Source of the DNA: an uncultured cyanobacterium
GTDB lineage: Bacteria; Cyanobacteriota; Cyanobacteriia; Pseudanabaenales; Pseudanabaenaceae
DNA length: 64,000 nucleotides
Direction: 5' to 3'
NCBI GenBank assembly: GCA_963703315.1
Contig: OY969811.1
Coordinates: forward strand, 3,904,001-3,968,000
Position 1 is the stretch's first letter; each line of letters starts with the position of its first letter. Of this stretch, positions 60,106-64,000 are shown piece after piece. Under the pieces are notes generated by a model, which saw nothing but the letters and a program-made list of their open reading frames with translations, was not told where the DNA came from and ran no database searches. A program made the translations under genes and the position numbers.

Positions 60106-60570
60106 ATGAAAACTAAATTAATCGCGGTTTTGGCTATTCTCGGTGGAGTTTGGTGGGCAACTCCTGTAGCAGCTTATGATCCTGCTCAACTTCAGCAACT
60201 TCTCCAAACTAAGCAGTGTGGGGGCTGCGACTTAACTAATGCCAACCTTGCAGGTGTAAATCTCAGTCAAGCGCATTTGATTGGTGCAGCGCTCATGGGC
60301 GCAAACCTTAAAGGTGCGAATCTCACTGGTGCAAACCTTGAAGGTGCGGATCTCACTGGTGCAAAATTGGAAAATGCTAACCTCACTAAAGTGATGGCAA
60401 CTAATGCCATTTTTAATGACAGCAATTTAACAAATGCTAATTTTACTAATGCTTCGTTGTTCCATGCCAATTTACGAAAGGCAAATGTGAATAACACCAT
60501 TTTTAAAAATGCCAAGGTGACTGGTGCTGACTTTACTGGTTCAAATTACAATCTAGCGATCGCTGACTAA
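60106..60570 (+). CDS. secreted pentapeptide repeat protein
   Basis: Signal peptide; LLQTKQC.GCDL..ANL repeats; strong GGAGG SD. Confidence 0.92.
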   Translation: MKTKLIAVLAILGGVWWATPVAAYDPAQLQQLLQTKQCGGCDLTNANLAGVNLSQAHLIGAALMGANLKGANLTGANLEGADLTGAKLENANLTKVMATNAIFNDSNLTNANFTNASLFHANLRKANVNNTIFKNAKVTGADFTGSNYNLAIAD

Positions 60571-60604
60571 ATTAACTAATAGCGCTTTGCGCTATTAGTT
60601 AATT
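60570..60604. terminator. triloop hairpin spanning the gap between convergent stops
   Basis: aattaactaatagcgc-ttt-gcgctattagttaatt. Confidence 0.7.
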
Positions 60605-61207
60605 ACTCAATTGGCGACGAAAATCTCTAGGGCTGAGACGTAGAGGGTTTTGGGTATCCCAAATACCTAGCTCTTGCAATCTTGCCTTGGATTGGGCGCG
60701 ACTAATTCTTGCGTCATACTTTGCATTGGGGGGGTAGGAGTCAGCGATCGCCAAGCCTTCCGAGACTAAATATTGATTCACCAATAGATTATCTTTCCAA
60801 ATATAGGCAAGGAGACGATCGGAGTTATCCTTTTGCTTCACATCAAATTCGAGAATTACCTTCTGCTCTTTGATCAAGTCTGACAAACGTTGGCGAGAGC
60901 GATCGCCCCAAGGAGCTTGTTCCTTTAGTGGCGCACTGATGCCGAGTAAGCGCACACGCTGCACTGTCATATTCGGATTACTCAATATGGAAGCTTCAAC
61001 GGTTTGTCCACTGACGACACGGTTAATTAACCATAGTTCGCCATTGACCCGATCCTTTGGCTGCGTAAAAGAGAGCGCGATATTGGCGATGATCAGGAAT
61101 GCCAGTAGCAACCCAATCAAAATCAACGGACGTGTTGCGGATTTATTCAGCGATCGTTTCTGCCCAGTTTTAGAATTCATCAACTTTTGCATACTCGCAG
61201 CAGACAT
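60599..61207 (-). CDS. thermonuclease (staphylococcal nuclease-like) family protein
   Basis: RVVSGQT, VRLLGI.AP, D...RLLAY.W, N..LV.EGLA, GIW; canonical acidic residues (DGDT, IDAPE) appear substituted. Confidence 0.85.
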   Translation of the reverse strand: MSAASMQKLMNSKTGQKRSLNKSATRPLILIGLLLAFLIIANIALSFTQPKDRVNGELWLINRVVSGQTVEASILSNPNMTVQRVRLLGISAPLKEQAPWGDRSRQRLSDLIKEQKVILEFDVKQKDNSDRLLAYIWKDNLLVNQYLVSEGLAIADSYPPNAKYDARISRAQSKARLQELGIWDTQNPLRLSPRDFRRQLSN

Positions 61208-61211
61208 ATTA

Positions 61212-61315
61212 ATACCAAAACTAAAAATGGCGTAGCCATTTTTAGTTTTGAAAACCCTTACTGGGTTTGGGTTTTAATTTACAAAAGTGTTGTTACACTT
61301 TCGTAAATTTGTATA
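61212..61315. mobile_element. about 105-bp double-hairpin dispersed element (ATACCAA-end family)
   Basis: Reverse-complement copy of 6484-6586. Confidence 0.75.
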
Positions 61316-61324
61316 AAGCCTAAA

Positions 61325-61365
61325 AATCGATAAAGAGGTTTGCAACGCAAACCTCTTTATCGATT
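61325..61365. terminator. perfect 19-bp-arm hairpin at the ferredoxin stop
   Basis: aatcgataaagaggtttgc-aac-gcaaacctctttatcgatt. Confidence 0.7.
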
Positions 61366-61735
61366 AATCAGCCTCAATCGGGAAACTAAACTCAAACCAG
61401 CGCCGTTTGCGCTGAGAAAAAAAGTTGCCAAACTGTAAGCGATATACTTCGTCTTCGTCTTGGGTTTCTAGATCTAGATCTGAGAGGGCGTAACCAGAAC
61501 AAATTAGTGCATATCCCTCATCCTGTAAGGTTTTGGACAAGCCAATCACCTCATGCTGATCGATTTTTCCAGACTTGACTCGCATCGCGCAAGCTGTACA
61601 AGCACCATTCAAACAGGAAAAAGGTAAGTTAATCCCTTGAGCTTCTAAGGAGTCAAGAATATAGCGATCGCCTTCAATATCAGCTTCGTAGAGCTTGTTA
61701 TTTTGGCGATCGTGAATGCGAACGTGATAGGACAT
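61364..61735 (-). CDS. 2Fe-2S ferredoxin with C-terminal extension (Fed2/FdC2-like)
   Basis: LPFSCLNGACTAC...GYALIC; ETQDEDEVY.LQFG tail. Confidence 0.9.
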   Translation of the reverse strand: MSYHVRIHDRQNNKLYEADIEGDRYILDSLEAQGINLPFSCLNGACTACAMRVKSGKIDQHEVIGLSKTLQDEGYALICSGYALSDLDLETQDEDEVYRLQFGNFFSQRKRRWFEFSFPIEAD

Positions 61736-61739
61736 AGTT

Positions 61740-62288
61740 TTACACGCGAGTAGGAATCATGCCAGTTTGACGTGCATAGTCAAATAAGCCGCCAGCATCA
61801 ATTACAGGACGCACATCGCCGAGGGATTTCAAAGTGAAAGTTTCTCCAGTCGTTTCATTAATAATGACATTGTTATCAAAATCAATGGTGGCTTCTTCGC
61901 CAGTCTTGAAGCGATCAACTAGGCAATCAACCGATTCCCAAGGATATAACTCACCTGTTGCCGTGCAGTTACGGAAGAAAATTCTGGCGTAGGACTGAGC
62001 AACTACGGCATCAAGTCCCGCCGCACCGAGGGCGATCGGTGCGTGTTCACGAGAAGAACCACAACCAAAGTTTTCACCCGCGACAATAATCGAATAAATC
62101 GTTTTGCTTTCCCCATCAGCAATAAAGCGATCATAGCGATCGGGTAAACCAATCAAGGCATAGCTACCCAGTTTCTCGTACTCATCAGGCTTAGAAGGTA
62201 CAAGTGTGAGATATTCCGCAGGAATAATTTGGTCAGTATCAATATTGTCATCTAAGACAAATACTTTGCCTTGAATTTTTTTACTCAT
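61740..62288 (-). CDS. leuD: 3-isopropylmalate dehydratase small subunit
   Basis: DNIDTDQIIPA, NFGCGSSREHAP, SYARIFFRN. Confidence 0.95.
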   Translation of the reverse strand: MSKKIQGKVFVLDDNIDTDQIIPAEYLTLVPSKPDEYEKLGSYALIGLPDRYDRFIADGESKTIYSIIVAGENFGCGSSREHAPIALGAAGLDAVVAQSYARIFFRNCTATGELYPWESVDCLVDRFKTGEEATIDFDNNVIINETTGETFTLKSLGDVRPVIDAGGLFDYARQTGMIPTRV

Positions 62289-62332
62289 AGTTTTTGCATC
62301 TAGTCAAAATAAATTAGTTGTTGGAATTAAAT

Positions 62333-62407
62333 GTAGGATGGGTTCGCGATCGCGTAACCCATGATCTTTACTTGATTGATGCGTTACATTGCACTAACGC
62401 ATCCTAC
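62333..62407. repeat. GTAG-family REP doublet (REPIN-like)
   Basis: GTAGgatgggttcgcgatcgcgtaacccat ... gatgcgttacattgcactaacgcatcCTAC. Confidence 0.8.
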
Positions 62408-62419
62408 AAATAATTCAAC

Positions 62420-62923
62420 TTAGTCAAAATAAAATAGAGTGACAACTTTGCGTTGTTCTTCGGCATCTTGACAGGTTTGTAATAAAGTCTCACTGCCGTG
62501 AAATGCAAAGCAAATCAGTTGCTGACATTTAGAAATAATTTCCTGATTACATCGGCTACTTGCTTCAGCTAAAGAGAGCGTGTCATTCTCGCTATGCTCA
62601 ATTAAATGAATTACATTTTCTAGCTGCTCGCGAGACTCATAGGGCTGCCTATCTAAGCTTTGTGGCAAAATCACAGTCAACAAATTAGGGTCAGCTCGCA
62701 AAGCGCCCCGAATAGCAGCAAAATTAGTGCCTGTTGCCCCAGAGGTAATAATACTGTTGCCAGATAGCGCCAAGGCATAGCTGAGCAGTTCGATCAGCAG
62801 TTGGTGAGTCAATGGCACATGGCGTGAACCTAAAAACGCGATCCGCTTCGAGCCTTGCTGCTGAATCGTCGCAAGCTCCTGCAAAAAGTCGTCTAGCTTG
62901 GGTAGATTAATTGACTGAGTCAA
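62420..62923 (-). CDS. DprA/Smf-like (SLOG) Rossmann-fold protein, short cyanobacterial form
   Basis: RIAFLGSRH, ITSGATGTN.A.IRGA, LTVILPQSL, CNQEII. Confidence 0.85.
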   Translation of the reverse strand: MTQSINLPKLDDFLQELATIQQQGSKRIAFLGSRHVPLTHQLLIELLSYALALSGNSIITSGATGTNFAAIRGALRADPNLLTVILPQSLDRQPYESREQLENVIHLIEHSENDTLSLAEASSRCNQEIISKCQQLICFAFHGSETLLQTCQDAEEQRKVVTLFYFD

Positions 62924-62994
62924 ACAAATCCCTCTCGATTACTACTTACTGAACGAATACCTACACAATATCACTTAACCCTAGAGAAGCAAAC

Positions 62995-63099
62995 TAAGTA
63001 CCTCGGAATAATTAGAAACTACTTCTAAAAGCTGTGGCGCACGCTGTGCTTGCACCACAGCTTTTAGGGTTTTAAATTTTAATGAAGCCTACTTACTTA
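62995..63099. mobile_element. degenerate TAAGTA...TACTTA element with inner hairpin
   Basis: Same layout as 59693-59796 (ctaaaagctgtggcgcacgc...ccacagcttttag). Confidence 0.6.
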
Positions 63100-63309
63100 T
63101 GGAGTTAATCAAAATCTCTTTGTCCTAAAACCTAGGTATAGTTTAATATTATTTTCACTCTTAGCGTCTGCACAAGGATTAAAAACTACACTACTATCAA
63201 CCGTCATCAGGTATCGAGATGACTTTCCGATGAGCCATGAAAATGGATAAGATTGGCGATCGCTATGGCATCACTGGCTGGAATTCTTAATAATTTGCTC
63301 TAAAAATTT

Positions 63310-64000
63310 ATGGTGGGTCACTTGACAATTGACGATATCAGAACCGAGACAGAGAAGGTAGAGGCACTTTTAGCTACCTATCGCTTATTGCCAAGTTTTA
63401 AGCGCGAATTAGCGATTGATCGCGCGATCGCTGACGTTACGATCACTCCAGAGGAAATTAATCTCGCATTACAAGAATTTCAGCAGCGCTATAAGTTAAC
63501 GACACAAGAAGCGATCCAAAACTATTGCCAAGCTTATAGTCTTACGAATGAGCAACTGCAAATGATTGCCCTGCGTGAGTTCAAAATCGAAAAATTTAAG
63601 CAGCAAACTTGGGGGAATCGTCTCGAATCAGCATTTTTAAATCGCAGAGCCAGTTTAGATCGTGCTATTTATTCGGTGATTCGCCATAAAAATCCTGAGC
63701 TTTTACAAGAACTATTCTTTCGGATTCAAGACGGTGAACAGACCTTTGCTGAGCTAGCCGCCCAATATTCTCAAGGCATAGAATCACAAACGGGCGGCAT
63801 GATTGGTCCTGTGCCTCTTAGTAAAATTCATCCTGCGATCGCCGAAAAAATGCGTCATAGTATGCCGCAACAGATGCATCCTCCTTTTCTTTTAGAGGAA
63901 TGGTTTGTACTTTTGCGGCTGGAAAAATTTATGCCTGCTCAATTTGACGATACGACTAGCCAGATTTTGCTAGGTCAACTGTTTGAAGAATTTTTGCAAG
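63310..64000 (+). CDS. PpiC-type peptidyl-prolyl isomerase, partial (runs off the right edge)
   Basis: MVGHLTIDDIR...; FL.R...LD..IYS.IR, ELFFRIQ.GEQTFAELA.QYSQG.E..TGG.IGPV. Confidence 0.88.
   Translation, partial: MVGHLTIDDIRTETEKVEALLATYRLLPSFKRELAIDRAIADVTITPEEINLALQEFQQRYKLTTQEAIQNYCQAYSLTNEQLQMIALREFKIEKFKQQTWGNRLESAFLNRRASLDRAIYSVIRHKNPELLQELFFRIQDGEQTFAELAAQYSQGIESQTGGMIGPVPLSKIHPAIAEKMRHSMPQQMHPPFLLEEWFVLLRLEKFMPAQFDDTTSQILLGQLFEEFLQ

Overview
Cyanobacterial chromosome segment. The HIP1 octamer GCGATCGC is very abundant, and apcD, gap1 and cyanobacterial-type pilBTC are present; a Pseudanabaena-like host is my inference. Content is mostly housekeeping, signalling and motility genes: a large STAND-NTPase/WD40 protein, SPFH protein, gap1, lipoxygenase, NarL regulator, DUF815 ATPase-dciA-NTPase cluster, a PatA-CheY-CheW-MCP-CheA operon, PAS/pentapeptide protein, DEAD-box helicase, Kir channel, sfsA, apcD, holB, hisS, TPR-CHAT protein, pilB-pilT-pilC, miaA, ferredoxin and leuD. 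I saw no rRNA, tRNA, CRISPR array or transposase. The most unusual structures are: (1) an 8-gene array of secreted proteins at 8.7-14.2 kb, in which four lipoproteins share one leader but have unrelated C-terminal domains, and 3'-end relics of upstream genes form nested direct repeats, suggesting leader-anchored cassette acquisition; (2) about 30 intergenic hairpins, nearly all with a GC-NNN-GC triloop core and variable arms, some inside different MITE-like shells; (3) a tandem pair of paralogous 30-aa hydrophobic microproteins at 47.3-47.5 kb that the ORF track does not resolve; (4) a canonical NtcA-type promoter upstream of the chemotaxis-like operon. All family assignments come from motif recognition by eye, not from database searches.
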